From: Azolla caroliniana | Lineage: Eukaryota > Plantae > Polypodiophyta | Reading direction: 5' to 3' | Assembly (NCBI GenBank): GCA_043228905.1 | Contig: JBHGNT010000001.1 | Coordinates: forward strand, 28,520,001-28,584,000 | DNA length: 64,000 nucleotides | Shown: piece by piece, positions 14,254-24,991 of the stretch | Layout: every line of letters begins with the position of its first letter | How positions within the stretch are numbered: position 1 is the stretch's first letter | Position numbers and translations under genes: made by a program | The notes under the pieces: model-generated | Databases searched by the model: none | What the model saw: only the letters and a program-made list of their open reading frames with translations | Told to the model about the DNA's origin: nothing

Positions 14254-14757
14254 TGTCGTGAAGATTTCTGGCACCGGGGTGGAATGGGCAAATCGGTGGT
14301 GTGCAACATGTGCACGTGTATACTAGGAAAGGGTGTGTAGAAAGAAGAGGGGAATTTTATCCCACATTGTAAGGTCCCTCCTTCCTTGGGCTATAAAAGG
14401 AAGGGAGGGGTCACTTATGAGGGGTTGCCTATTTTGAGGGAGAGAGGCATACCACTTAGGTCGAGGGTTTCCTATTCTGTTTTAGGGTTTCGGTTAGGGT
14501 TTTCTTCTAGGGTTTTTCTCATAGTCGTTTGGTGCGGCCATGGCGGCCACCATTGTTGTAATCATTCGCTTGTTTTTAATATATCTTGTTGTGGATCTTG
14601 CTTCCATCTATTTTGGTCTATGCTTATGTGCTACTCTTCATCTTCTCATCCGGTGTTAAGCTTCCATTTCTCATATCTTATTCTATCTCCTCTACTCCCT
14701 AGTCCAAGACCCCCGTGGTCCCGCCCCTTCTACACGCACGCGTGTAACAACGCGACA
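14254..14757 (+). repeat. 5' LTR of element C
   Basis: Matches 28167-28681 with about 10 substitutions and an 11-bp indel, counted by eye. Confidence 0.95.
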
Positions 14758-14761
14758 TCTT

Positions 14762-14779
14762 TGGTGAACCCGACGTGAA
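14762..14779 (+). other. Primer-binding site complementary to tRNA-Trp
   Basis: TGGTGAACCCGACGTGAA is the reverse complement of TTCACGTCGGGTTCACCA, the 3' 18 nt of plant cytosolic tRNA-Trp(CCA) as I recall it. It lies 4 nt after the LTR. Confidence 0.85.
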
Positions 14780-14794
14780 GGGTGCCAAGGGAGC

Positions 14795-17606
14795 ATGGAG
14801 ATGGAAGCAGATTTCGACTTCGAGGAGATGATGGCAAAGATCGTGATGGAAACCGGACGGAAGATGGTGAAGCGAGATGCGGCTCAACAAGTCGTCGAAA
14901 GGGTGGTCGATCGAGTCGGCCGGTTCAATGGGAATGAGGTTCTAAAAATTTTGGGAGCCTACAAGGCCGAGATGGCGAAAGGGGGCGTGGACGAGGTGAT
15001 GTGGCTAGAGTATTTTCCTCGAGTGGCGGTCGTATCGGTGCACAAGGAGGTCAAGGAACTACGAGAAGCTCACGAGTCGTGGGTGTCCTTGGAGGGAGCC
15101 CTATTGGAAGCGTACGGGTATGCGAAACCGGAGTGGGTATGCCGGCAACCCGATGGGGAGCGGTCGGCAACAACGTGGCCCGCGAGCGGTGGAGAAGAGA
15201 GAGCGGTGAGTGAGTACGCACTATCGCCGGAAGAGAGCTCAACGCAAAACGGTTCGGAGTAGCTCGACCTAGAGGTGCTAATACGGGAGGCATGCGAGCT
15301 TGTGAAGGCGAAAATCGGAGCCGAAGAAGGGCTTGTTATGGAGACGGGCCGGAGGCGATCGGAGGATGCGGAGGAAGAAGCCTCCCTAGACGTAGAAGAT
15401 GGGGCCTATACGGAGGCCAGGAGAGCGTACGACGGTGACATAGGAGAGGGTGCGGAGCAAGCGACCCTCTTGCCTTGCAGTGAAGGGACGACCATGGAGG
15501 CTGGTAACTACGGATTCGGGACATGGCGGCCCGAAACATCGAGTGGAGAGGAGACAAGCGGCGGTGCCACGACCTTACCCACACCGGTCCTAGAGGCTCC
15601 GGCGGTCGGCCCGAGTGCCGGCGTGAGACCTAGAGCGACGGGCAGTGGCGGCGATAAGGAGGGCAACCAAGACAACGACAAGGAAAGCGACAAAGAAGAG
15701 GCGGCAAGCATAATTGAGGCTTGCATAATCGGAGGCGGGTTAGCCGCGGACAACAATGTCCGAACGGAGGCGGCTACGGACACAACGAGCGGCGGTGCCA
15801 AGTCCTTACCCACACCAGTCCTAGAGGCTCCGGCGGTCGGCCCGAGTGCCGGCATGAGACCTAGAGCGACGGGTAGTGGTGGCGGCAAGGCGGGCTACCA
15901 CGGCGAAAAAGAGAACGAGGAAGAGATAGCCACGGACCACGACGTCCGAACGAAGGTGGCTACGAACATGGCATCGGCGACTAACGGTAACGGAACTTTT
16001 CCCACACCTATTCTAGAGACTTCGGCGGTCGGCCCCGAGAGCCCAAGTGAGACCGGAGAGACAGAAGGTGGCGGCCGCAAAGCGGACGATCGAAACGACG
16101 ACGAGGAAGGTCATACCGGACAGAGGCAAGACCTCTCGACACTGAGACCGGACACTACGGCGGTTGCGCTCGAATGCCAACATAAGACCGGAGAGAAGGG
16201 CGGTGGCCATGAGGAGGCGTGGCCCGTAGCGAACACGTGCGAAGATGAGGATGCGAGGCCCGAAACGGGCATATACAAGAGGACCGACGGAGAGGTTGGG
16301 AGCGGCAAGGAGGAGAGAGTCGGGAACCGACCCGATTGGAAGATAAACCGGTGGATAATCCGACACGACCGAAAGACGAGGCGGAAGAAGATTGGAGCGG
16401 GGTCCGGTCAACCGGGCCCGAACCGAAGAAGAACCAGCAAGGCCGGATTGGTGCGGACAAACATGTACCAGCCGGTTACGGTTACAGAAGGGAGTAGACC
16501 AAACCGGAACTCGATCGGCCGAGACCGATCCGGGCGAAGGCTAAGTCGGCATGATTGGAGGTCGAGGCGAACGTGCCACAACACCCGGTGGGAGCCGGTG
16601 AGCGCGAGAAGGAGGCAAACCGGGCACGGTGATTACGTCTTGGCGGATGACCGAGAGCAAGAGGAACCCTCTACACCTATTCTTGAGACTTCGGCGGTTG
16701 TGGATCAACATAAAACCGAAGAGACGGCGGATGGCGGTGAGGAGTCGAAGACCGGAACGGACGAGGCTACCGGAACGGGTACCTGGTGCGTGAAGACGGA
16801 CGAGCACGGCCAAGAGGGCCAATAGGAGACGGAAAAGTGTATGGCAACGAAGGACGAAGAGACCGACGCGGAGGACGGGTCTACAGTGGAAGAAGCGTGT
16901 AACACAAAGCATGCATTACGGCGTAAAACGGCGCATGCGCTACGGCCGGCGAAGGGCCAAGAAGCAAGCGTGCATTCAGAGGAGCCGCAACGAGTGACCG
17001 CCGATGACGGTCGGAGGAAGCCTTTGAGAGGCAAGCGCGGGACGATGGACGGTGCGACGAGACGCCAAGATCGACGAAACAAGACGGGCGTGATCGGCAT
17101 GAACGAAGGATTGTGTCTGGGAAAACGGAGGGGATGCGCGGAGAACAACGGGGTACACACCGGGAAGAGAAAACGCGGCGGCTTCCCGGAGGGCATACAA
17201 GGCCAAGAGGGCCAAGAGGGCACAAGTCGAGGCGAGGCGGTAACGAGACCCTCGAGGGACACCGACACAAAGGTCGGGATGACGGTACGCTCTACGGCGA
17301 GAGAGCACGACGGGCAAAGGAGAGGCAAGGAACGTGGAATGGGGTCACCTAAGGGCCAAAGAATGGGCGCATATTCGGGGTATAACATCGGTGCACGAGA
17401 AGAGACTATGGAAGGCAAGTGTGGAGCAGGAAGAGTCGACACGCTGAGGTGTTCGGCATGCGAAGACGATAAAACCAAAGGACGAACATACGCGGCACGA
17501 AAAGGGCGGAATCCGGAGTGCGATCAGAGAGTTCGGGAACGCACCCAGAGGACATACGAGCCTTTGTGAGGAATGCACGCAGCGAGAGACGGAGCGGTGA
17601 GGTGCC
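14795..17606 (+). pseudogene. Element C long ORF, part 1: Gag-like N-terminus plus low-complexity repetitive region (3 in-frame stops)
   Basis: ORFs at 14795, 15275 and 16841 share one frame and are separated only by TAG 15260, TAG 16823 and TGA 17567. The N-terminus VVDRVGRFNGNEVLKILGAYKAEM...SWVSLEGALLEAY resembles Gag of seed-free plant gypsy elements (from recall). Confidence 0.75.
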
Positions 17607-17899
17607 TGTTGCAGACGAGGTCGTCTATGCGGAAGATCAAGAAGCATTCGATTCTTTTCTGTACCTGCGTATGACAGTTTCTAGGTCGTTGCACAGAGAG
17701 AGAGAGAGAGAGAGAGAGGGAGGGAGAGGCACAAAAGACTTTCTATTTCCCAAAGCAATAATACAACACCCAACCTTACAAAAAGGTTACAAGGTCACTA
17801 TATATAGTGACCGACTTAGGGCAACTACCCTTTATGCTAATTACACAAATGGCCCAAAGGGATAGTGTGAATACGTCCATTATACACTTGTATTCGACA
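17607..17899 (-). repeat. 3' LTR of element E
   Basis: TG...CA, adjacent to PPT GGGGGAG on the minus strand. Confidence 0.96.
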
Positions 17900-18092
17900 C
17901 TCCCCCGTAATGGGCGTATACATGGGTTATCTAAGATTACAGGTATAGACTTAGGTTCTCGGGCATATCAGCTTTGTTCGAGTCGGCAGGGTCCGAAGGC
18001 AGAAGACCTAACTGGTCGGGTCGGAGCAGTTGAAGCCGATCATTAAGGAACTGATGTCGGTTGTCGGGAACCATCCTGCTCTGTGTCCGGCT

Positions 18093-20916
18093 CTAACCGG
18101 ACTGGTTTGTCGTTACGCCCATCTGATGCCGAAGAGACCGAAAGCGGTCAGCCGAAAGACACTTGGTCATTCCATCTGCGACATTGTCGGTTGTGGATAT
18201 TTTCTCTAGACCGATTTTCCCTGAAATGACGCAGTCCCGAACGAAGTGATATCGAACGTCGATATGTTTGGAGGCGTCGTGGTGAACCGGATTTTTCGAC
18301 AAGGCAACAACACCTTGACTGTCGCTGTAGACAACTGGAGCCGAGTCATGGTCGACTTGGCGAAACGTGTGCGCCAGCCGACCGAGCCACAAAGCTTCTC
18401 TTGCTGCGTCGGACGCAGCTACATATTCTGCTTCGGTCGTTGAGGTCGTTGTGCACTCCTGAAGTTTCGACTTCCACGAGATTGCTCCATTGCCGAATTT
18501 GAAGCAGTATCCGGTTGTTGATTTCCGACTGTCTATACAGCCGGCGAAATCCGAGTCGGTGTAACCGACTACGCCTGAGGTTCGGTTCGGACCGAAAAGA
18601 ATGCCGTGGTCTTTTGTGCCAGCCAGATATCTGAACACATGCTTGACTGCGTTCCAATGCGATCGGCCAGGATTGTGCATAAATCTGCTAACGACTCCTA
18701 CGGCATGAGAAATATCAGGCCGTGTCGCGACCATCAGGTACATAAGGGAGCCGACTGCCGGTGCATACGGTACCGACTTCATATCTTCCCCCTCCGGACC
18801 GGATGTCGGGCAGTCTCGCTGAGAGAGCCGAAGATTCATTGGGAGCGGGGTTGAAGCAGATTTGGCTGATTGCATGTTGAAGCGTTCCAAGACACGTTGG
18901 ATATAGTCGGTCTGAGACAAAAAAAGATGTCGTTTATCGCGATGCCGACTAATCTTCATGCCGAGTATGTGTCGTGCCGGACCGAGGTCCTTCATGGCAA
19001 ACTTAAACCGCAGTTGCCGAATGAGATCGGCAAGTTCGTCCGCGTGGCGTCCAGAAATTAGCATGTCGTCCACGTAAATGATGAGGAAGATGGGTGATCC
19101 ATCTTGAGCTGTGTTGGTGAAGAGACAATGGTCCTCATCGCTTTTTGAGAAGCCGATCGATTGGATGAAGTCGTCGAACTTCTTGTACCATTGTCGCGGT
19201 GCCTGTTTGAGGCCGTATAGACTCTTCCTGAGTCGGCAGACTAGATGTTCTTGGCCAGTTGCCACGAAGCCTTTTGGCTGCTCCATATAAATTTCCTCCT
19301 CGAGATCACCATGGAGGAAGGCTGTTTTGACATCTAGCTGAATCAGCTCCAAGTTGTCGGCTGCCACTACGCCGAGTAGAAAGCGAAGGGTTGTCATTTT
19401 CACCACTGGTGAAAAAATCTCGTCGAAGTCGACGCCATATTCTTGTCGGAAGCCCTTCGCAACTATTCTGGCCTTGTACTTTGGGGTGGTCGAATCAGAC
19501 GTCTCTTTTAGTCGATAAACCCATTTGCAAGGAAGAGCACGTCAGTTCTTAGGTAATTCGACCAGATCCCAAGTCTTGTTTGCCCGAATGGAGTGCATTT
19601 CCGACTCCATCGCCAGATGCCAGGTGGCTGAATCGACAGATGTCGATGCTTCTTCGTAAGACGTCGGTTCGCCGGCATCAGTGAAGAAAATTCCAGGAGT
19701 GTACCTCTCCAGAGGTTGCGACAGTCTCTCGGATCGTCGAGGTATGATTGGACTGGTCGCATCGGGTATCGGGGTCGGATGGTCCGAAAGCGGATTGTTC
19801 TGTTGTGCCGATTCGGAGTTGTCCGAGTCGGTAGTGTAAGGTTCAGCTACCCGTGAAGCTGACCGTGTGTTGAGAGCGGGGCCTTCTTGAAGGGTCGGCA
19901 CATCGGAAAATGTTACCCTTCGGACTTCGGTCGGTTTTTCGACTGATGGATTCATAGCCGACTCGTTGAACACAACGTCCGAACTTCGAACGATTTGTCT
20001 GCGTTCGGGGTCCCAGAGTCGGTATCCCATTTCGCCGTCTGATCCATATCCAAGGAAAATGCATTTCCTGGACCGAGGTGCAAGTTTTCGGCGATCATCT
20101 TTCGGAATAAGGGCGTACGCCTCGCATCCGAAGATCCTCAGCTTGTCGTAATTCGGCTTACTGCCGATCCATAGTTCCTGAGGAATTTGAAGTCCTAGAG
20201 GTCTACTTGGCGACATATTGATTATGTGTACTGCCGTGAGTAGAGCCTCTGCCCAGAAGCCATCCGACAGTCCGGAGTGTTGGAGCATGGAAACTATCCG
20301 TTCTTGGATTGTCCGATTCATGCGTTCGGCAATCCCGTTTTGCTCCAGGCTGTGTGGTGCCGTAAATTCACGTCGGATGCCGCGTTGTCGGCAGAATTTG
20401 ACGAATTCATCGGATTTGAACTCTCCCCCATTGTCGGTCCGAAAGCATTTCAGTTTTCGGTCGGTTTGATTTTCTACCATAGCGAGCCAATCTGAGAAGA
20501 TCGAGAAGACCCGATCTTTGGTGCGAATCGGATAAGCCCACACCTTTCGAGTCGAATCGTCAATAAAACTGACGAAGTAAGAGGCACCGCCGAGAGACTG
20601 ATGCGGCATTGGGCCACAGACGTCCGAGTGGACAAAATCGAGAGGTCTCGTGTCTCTTGGTGCTGATGTCGGGTGTGATGCGGCTGCTTGTTTGCCATAC
20701 TAGCAATGCTCGCAGAATTGATGGTCGGAGAAGGAGAGTTTGGGGATGTATCCGGCTCTAGATAGGTGCGTGATGCCGGCCTTGCTGAGGTGTCCTAATC
20801 TTCTGTGCCATAGTGATGACACAGGAATATCCACCAAAAACAGGTTACCCTCTCTGAGCGTAACATGTAACGGATACAGTGAGTGTATCTTGGGTCCTCT
20901 AGCAAGCAGGAGGTTC
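18093..20916 (-). pseudogene. INT-RT-RNaseH of element E with two nonsense mutations
   Basis: HSDVCGP, TDNGGEF, QLDVKTAFLHG, YVDD, TDSDFAG and KHIDVRYHF motifs. CAG>TAG at 20700-20702 and CGA>TGA at 19542-19544 relative to sibling F. Confidence 0.95.
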
Positions 20917-20921
20917 CCCCT

Positions 20922-21210
20922 TGTTGGAAGCAAAGTCGTCAGTGCGGAAGATCAAGAAGCATTCGATGGTTTTGAATACCTGCGTATGACAGAAGGTAGG
21001 TCGTTGGACAGAGAGAGAGAGAGAGGGGGAGAGAGAGAGACAAAAAAACTCTTTATTCCATAAAGCAACAATACGATATCCGACCTTACAAAAAGGTTAC
21101 AAGGTCACTATATATAGTGACCGACTTAGGGCAACTACCCTTTATGCTAATTACATAAATGGCCAAAACGGGATAGTGTGAATACGTCCATTATACACAT
21201 GTATTCGACA
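20922..21210 (-). repeat. 3' LTR of element F
   Basis: Near-identical to 24992-25282. Confidence 0.96.
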
Positions 21211-21403
21211 CTCCCCCGTAATGGGCGTATACATGGGTTATCTAAGATTACAGGTATAGACTTGGGTTCTCGGACATATCAGCTTTGTTCGAGTCGGCAG
21301 GGTCCGAAGGCAGAAGACCGAACTGGTCGGGTCGGAACAGTTGAAGCCGATCATTAAGGAACTGATGTCGGTTGTCGGGAACCATCCTGCTCTGTGTCCG
21401 GCT

Positions 21404-24400
21404 CTAACCGGACTGGTTTGTCGTTACGCCCATCTGATGCCGAAGAGACCGAAAACGGTCTGCCGAAAGACACTTGGTCATTCCATCTGCGACATTGTCG
21501 GTTGTGGATATTTTCTCTAGACCGATTTTCCCTGAAATGACGCAGTCCCGAACGAAGTGATATCGAACGTCGATATGTTTGGAGGCGTTGTGGTGAACCG
21601 GATTTTTCGACAAGGCCACAGCACCTTGACTGTCGCTGTAGACAACTGGAGCCGAGTCATGGTCGACTTGTTGAAATGTGTGCGCCAGCCGACCGAGCCA
21701 CAAAGCTTCTTTTGCTGCGTCGGACGCAGCTACATATTCTGCTTCGGTCGTTGAGGTCGTTGTGCACTCCTGAAGTTTCGACTTCCACGAGATTGCTCCA
21801 TTGCCGAATTTGAAGCAGTATCCGGTTGTTGATTTCCGACTGTCTATACAGCCGGCGAAATCCGAGTCGGTGTAACCGACTACGCCTGAGGTTCGGTTCG
21901 GACCGAAAAGAATGCCATGGTCTTTTGTGCCAGCCAGATATCTGAACACATGCTTGACTGCGTTCCAATGCGATCGGCCAGGATTGTGCATAAATCTGCT
22001 AACGACTCCTACGGCATGAGAAATATCAGGCCGTGTCGCGACCATCAGGTACATAAGGGAGCCGACTGCCGGTGCATACGGTACCGACTTCATATCTTCC
22101 CCCTCCGGGCCGGATGTCGGGCAGTCTCGCTGAGAGAGCCGAAGGTTCATGGGGAGCGGGGTTGAAGCAGATTTGGCTGATTGCATGTTGAAGCGTTCCA
22201 AGACACGTCGGATATAGTCGGCCTGAGACAAAAAAAGATGTCGTTTATCGCGATGCCGACTAATCTTCATGCCAAGGATGTGTCGTGCCGGACCGAGGTC
22301 CTTCATGGCAAACTTCAACCGCAGTTGCCGAACGAGAGCGGCAAGTTCGCCCGCGTGGCGTCCAGAAATTAGCATGTCGTCCACGTAGATGATGAGGAAG
22401 ATGGGTGATCCATCTTGAGCTGTGTTGGTGAAGAGACAATGGTCCTCATCGCTTTTGGAGAAGCCGATCGATTGGATGAAGTCGTCGAACTTCTTGTACC
22501 ATTGTCGCGGTGCCTGTTTGAGGCCGTATAGACTCTTCCTGAGTCGGCAGACTAGATGTTCTTGGCCAGTTGCCACGAAGCCTTTTGGCTGCTCCATATA
22601 AATTTCCTCCTCGAGATCACCATGGAGGAAGGCTGTTTTGACATCTAGCTGAATCAGCTCCAAGTTGTCGGCTGCCACTACGCCGAGCAGAAAACGAAGG
22701 GTTGTCATTTTCACCACTGGTGAAAAAATTTCGTCGAAGTCGACGCCATATTCTTGTCGGAAGCCCTTCGCAACTAATCTGGCCTTGTACTTTGGGGTGG
22801 TCGAATCAGACGTCTCTTTTAGTCGATAAACCCACTTGCAAGGAAGAGCACGTCGGTCCCTAGGTAATTCGACCAGATCCCAAGTCTTGTTTGCCCGGAT
22901 GGAGTGCATTTCCGACTCCATCGCCAGATGCCAGGTGGCGGAATCGACAGATGTCGATGCTTCTTCGTAAGACGTCGGTTCGCCGGCGTCGGTGAAGAAA
23001 ATTCCAGGAGAATACCTCTCCGGAGGTTGCGAAAGTCTCTCGGATCGTCGAGGTATGAGTGGACTGGTCGCATCGGGTATCGAGGTCGGATGGTCCGAAA
23101 GCGAATTGTTCTGCTGTGCCGAGTCGGAGTCGTCCGAGTCGGTAGTGTAAGGTTCAGCTACCCGTGAAGCTGACCGTGTGTTGAGAGCGGGGCCTTCTTG
23201 AAGGGTCGGCACATCGGAAAACGTTACCCTTCGGACTTCGATCGGTTTTTCGACTGATGGATTCATAGCCGACTCGTTGAACACAACGTCCGAACTTCGA
23301 ACGATTTGCCTGCGTTCGGGGTCCCAGAGTCGGTATCCCATTTCGCCGTCGGATCCATATCCAAGGAAAATGCATTTCCTGGACCGAGGTGCAAGTTTTC
23401 GGCGATCATCTTTCGGAATAAGGGCGTACGCCTCGCATCCGAAGATCCTCAGCTTGTCGTAATTCGGCTTACTGCCGATCCATAGTTCCTGAGGAATTTG
23501 AAGTCCTAGAGGTCTACTTGGCGACATATTGATTATGTGTACTGCCGTGAATAGAGCCTCTGCCCAGAAGCCATCCGACAGTCCGGAGTGTTGGAGCATG
23601 GAAACTATCCTTTCTTGGATTGTCCGATTCATTCGTTCGGCAATCCCGTTTTGCTCCGGGCTGTGTGGTGCCGTAAATTCACGTCGGATGCCGCGTTGTC
23701 GGCAGAATTTGACGAATTCTTCGGATTTGAACTCTCCCCCATTGTCTGTCCGAAGGCATTTCAGCTTTCGGTCGGTTTGATTTTCTACCATAGCGAGCCA
23801 ATCGGTGAAGATCGAGAAGACCCGATCTTTGGTGCGAATTGGATAAGCCCACACCTTTCGAGTCGAATCGTCAATAAAAGTGACGAAGTAAGAGGCACCG
23901 CCTAGAGACTGATGCGGCATTGGGCCACAGACGTCCGAATGGACTAAATCAAGAGGTCTCGTTTCTCTTAGTGCTGATGTCGGGTGTGACGCGGCTGCTT
24001 GTTTGCCATACTGGCAATGCTCGCAGAATTGATGGTCCGAGAAGGAGAGTTTGGGGATGTATCCGGCTCTAGATAGGTGCGTGATGCCGGCCTTGCTGAG
24101 GTGTCCTAATCTTCGGTGCCATAGTGATGACACAGGAATATCCATCAAAAACAGGTTACCCTCTCTGAGCGTAACATGTAACGGATACAATGAGTGTATC
24201 TTGGGTCCTCTAGCAAGCAGGAGGTTCCCCCTGTGGAGTGTCCACCCTCCCGAAGAAAAACCGGCACGAATGCCGTCTTCATCTAGTTGTCCGACTGAGA
24301 TCAATGGCCTTGAGAGCTCGGGTACATGTCGGACATTGTGGAGTACAAGTGTAGAGCCACCTGCAAGATTGAGCTCTACTGTGCCGATTCCGATGATGTC

Positions 24401-24976
24401 ACAGTGTTGCGAGTTACCGACTCGAACTGAGTCGGAGTGACGGATCGTATATTGCCGAAATTGGGATCGATGAGGAGTCACGTGAAATGACGCGCCCGAA
24501 TCTAAGAGCCATGTGCTCGACTCTTCAGTCGTGAGTAGAACTTCTGATCCGACTGGATTTTCAATTGATAGTATATTCGGGTCGTCTGGTAGCACATCAG
24601 CTGAGAAGCTGACGTAGTTGACCTCCTCATGCCGGCCACTCTTCTTGTTGTTCTTGTTCTTGAGTGCGCGGCAGTCGGCTTTGATGTGTCCGGGTTTCTT
24701 GCAATAGTTGCAGATTCGGTTATCCCGTGACTGGCTCCGTCTTCGCTGATTGTTCGGCGGTCGTGAGGAATCTCTTCCTCGTATGTTCGATCGGTCTGTC
24801 GAACCTTGTACTACATAGGCGTCGTCTGTTGAGTCTTTGGCAAAAGACTTTCTCCGAGCTGCTTCGGTCAGAATTGCGCTCGTGACTTCGGAGTATTTGA
24901 CAGCCGTGGTTGACGCGTTGCACACGGTTGTGACGAAAGTTTCCCATGATGAGGGAAGGCTACTCATGAGTATCAT
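21404..24976 (-). CDS. N-truncated Gag-Pol polyprotein of F (1190 aa from first ATG): NC zinc knuckle, PR, INT, RT, RNaseH
   Basis: Uninterrupted ORF with CNYCKKPGHIKADC, LLDSGAS, WHRRLGH..CEHC, D,D(35)E core, QLDVKTAF, YVDD and DSDFAG/EAEY/DSQ/ADGMTK. Confidence 0.93.
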   Translation of the reverse strand: MILMSSLPSSWETFVTTVCNASTTAVKYSEVTSAILTEAARRKSFAKDSTDDAYVVQGSTDRSNIRGRDSSRPPNNQRRRSQSRDNRICNYCKKPGHIKADCRALKNKNNKKSGRHEEVNYVSFSADVLPDDPNILSIENPVGSEVLLTTEESSTWLLDSGASFHVTPHRSQFRQYTIRHSDSVRVGNSQHCDIIGIGTVELNLAGGSTLVLHNVRHVPELSRPLISVGQLDEDGIRAGFSSGGWTLHRGNLLLARGPKIHSLYPLHVTLREGNLFLMDIPVSSLWHRRLGHLSKAGITHLSRAGYIPKLSFSDHQFCEHCQYGKQAAASHPTSALRETRPLDLVHSDVCGPMPHQSLGGASYFVTFIDDSTRKVWAYPIRTKDRVFSIFTDWLAMVENQTDRKLKCLRTDNGGEFKSEEFVKFCRQRGIRREFTAPHSPEQNGIAERMNRTIQERIVSMLQHSGLSDGFWAEALFTAVHIINMSPSRPLGLQIPQELWIGSKPNYDKLRIFGCEAYALIPKDDRRKLAPRSRKCIFLGYGSDGEMGYRLWDPERRQIVRSSDVVFNESAMNPSVEKPIEVRRVTFSDVPTLQEGPALNTRSASRVAEPYTTDSDDSDSAQQNNSLSDHPTSIPDATSPLIPRRSERLSQPPERYSPGIFFTDAGEPTSYEEASTSVDSATWHLAMESEMHSIRANKTWDLVELPRDRRALPCKWVYRLKETSDSTTPKYKARLVAKGFRQEYGVDFDEIFSPVVKMTTLRFLLGVVAADNLELIQLDVKTAFLHGDLEEEIYMEQPKGFVATGQEHLVCRLRKSLYGLKQAPRQWYKKFDDFIQSIGFSKSDEDHCLFTNTAQDGSPIFLIIYVDDMLISGRHAGELAALVRQLRLKFAMKDLGPARHILGMKISRHRDKRHLFLSQADYIRRVLERFNMQSAKSASTPLPMNLRLSQRDCPTSGPEGEDMKSVPYAPAVGSLMYLMVATRPDISHAVGVVSRFMHNPGRSHWNAVKHVFRYLAGTKDHGILFGPNRTSGVVGYTDSDFAGCIDSRKSTTGYCFKFGNGAISWKSKLQECTTTSTTEAEYVAASDAAKEALWLGRLAHTFQQVDHDSAPVVYSDSQGAVALSKNPVHHNASKHIDVRYHFVRDCVISGKIGLEKISTTDNVADGMTKCLSADRFRSLRHQMGVTTNQSG

Positions 24977-24991
24977 TGCTCTGATACCAGA

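Noticed and set aside
14386-14778. 130-aa and 194-aa ORFs (also 28310-28894) and the 124/134-aa minus ORFs at 13763 and 28846
   Set aside because: They recur only because they lie within duplicated LTR sequence, and they show no domain motifs.
15336-17478. Multiple minus-strand ORFs inside element C
   Set aside because: They are shadow frames of GC-rich sequence, discontinuous and in different frames.
17518-17865. Antisense LTR peptide ..AEDQEAFD.F.YLRMT.. seen in both E and F LTRs
   Set aside because: The differences between E and F in the aligned stretch all change amino acids, and the frame runs through a GA microsatellite. There is no sign of coding constraint.
20922-21010. Hammerhead ribozyme (retrozyme-like) in the E/F or C/D LTRs
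   Set aside because: I found no CUGANGA...GAAA core with flanking helices on either strand by eye. An Infernal search would settle it.
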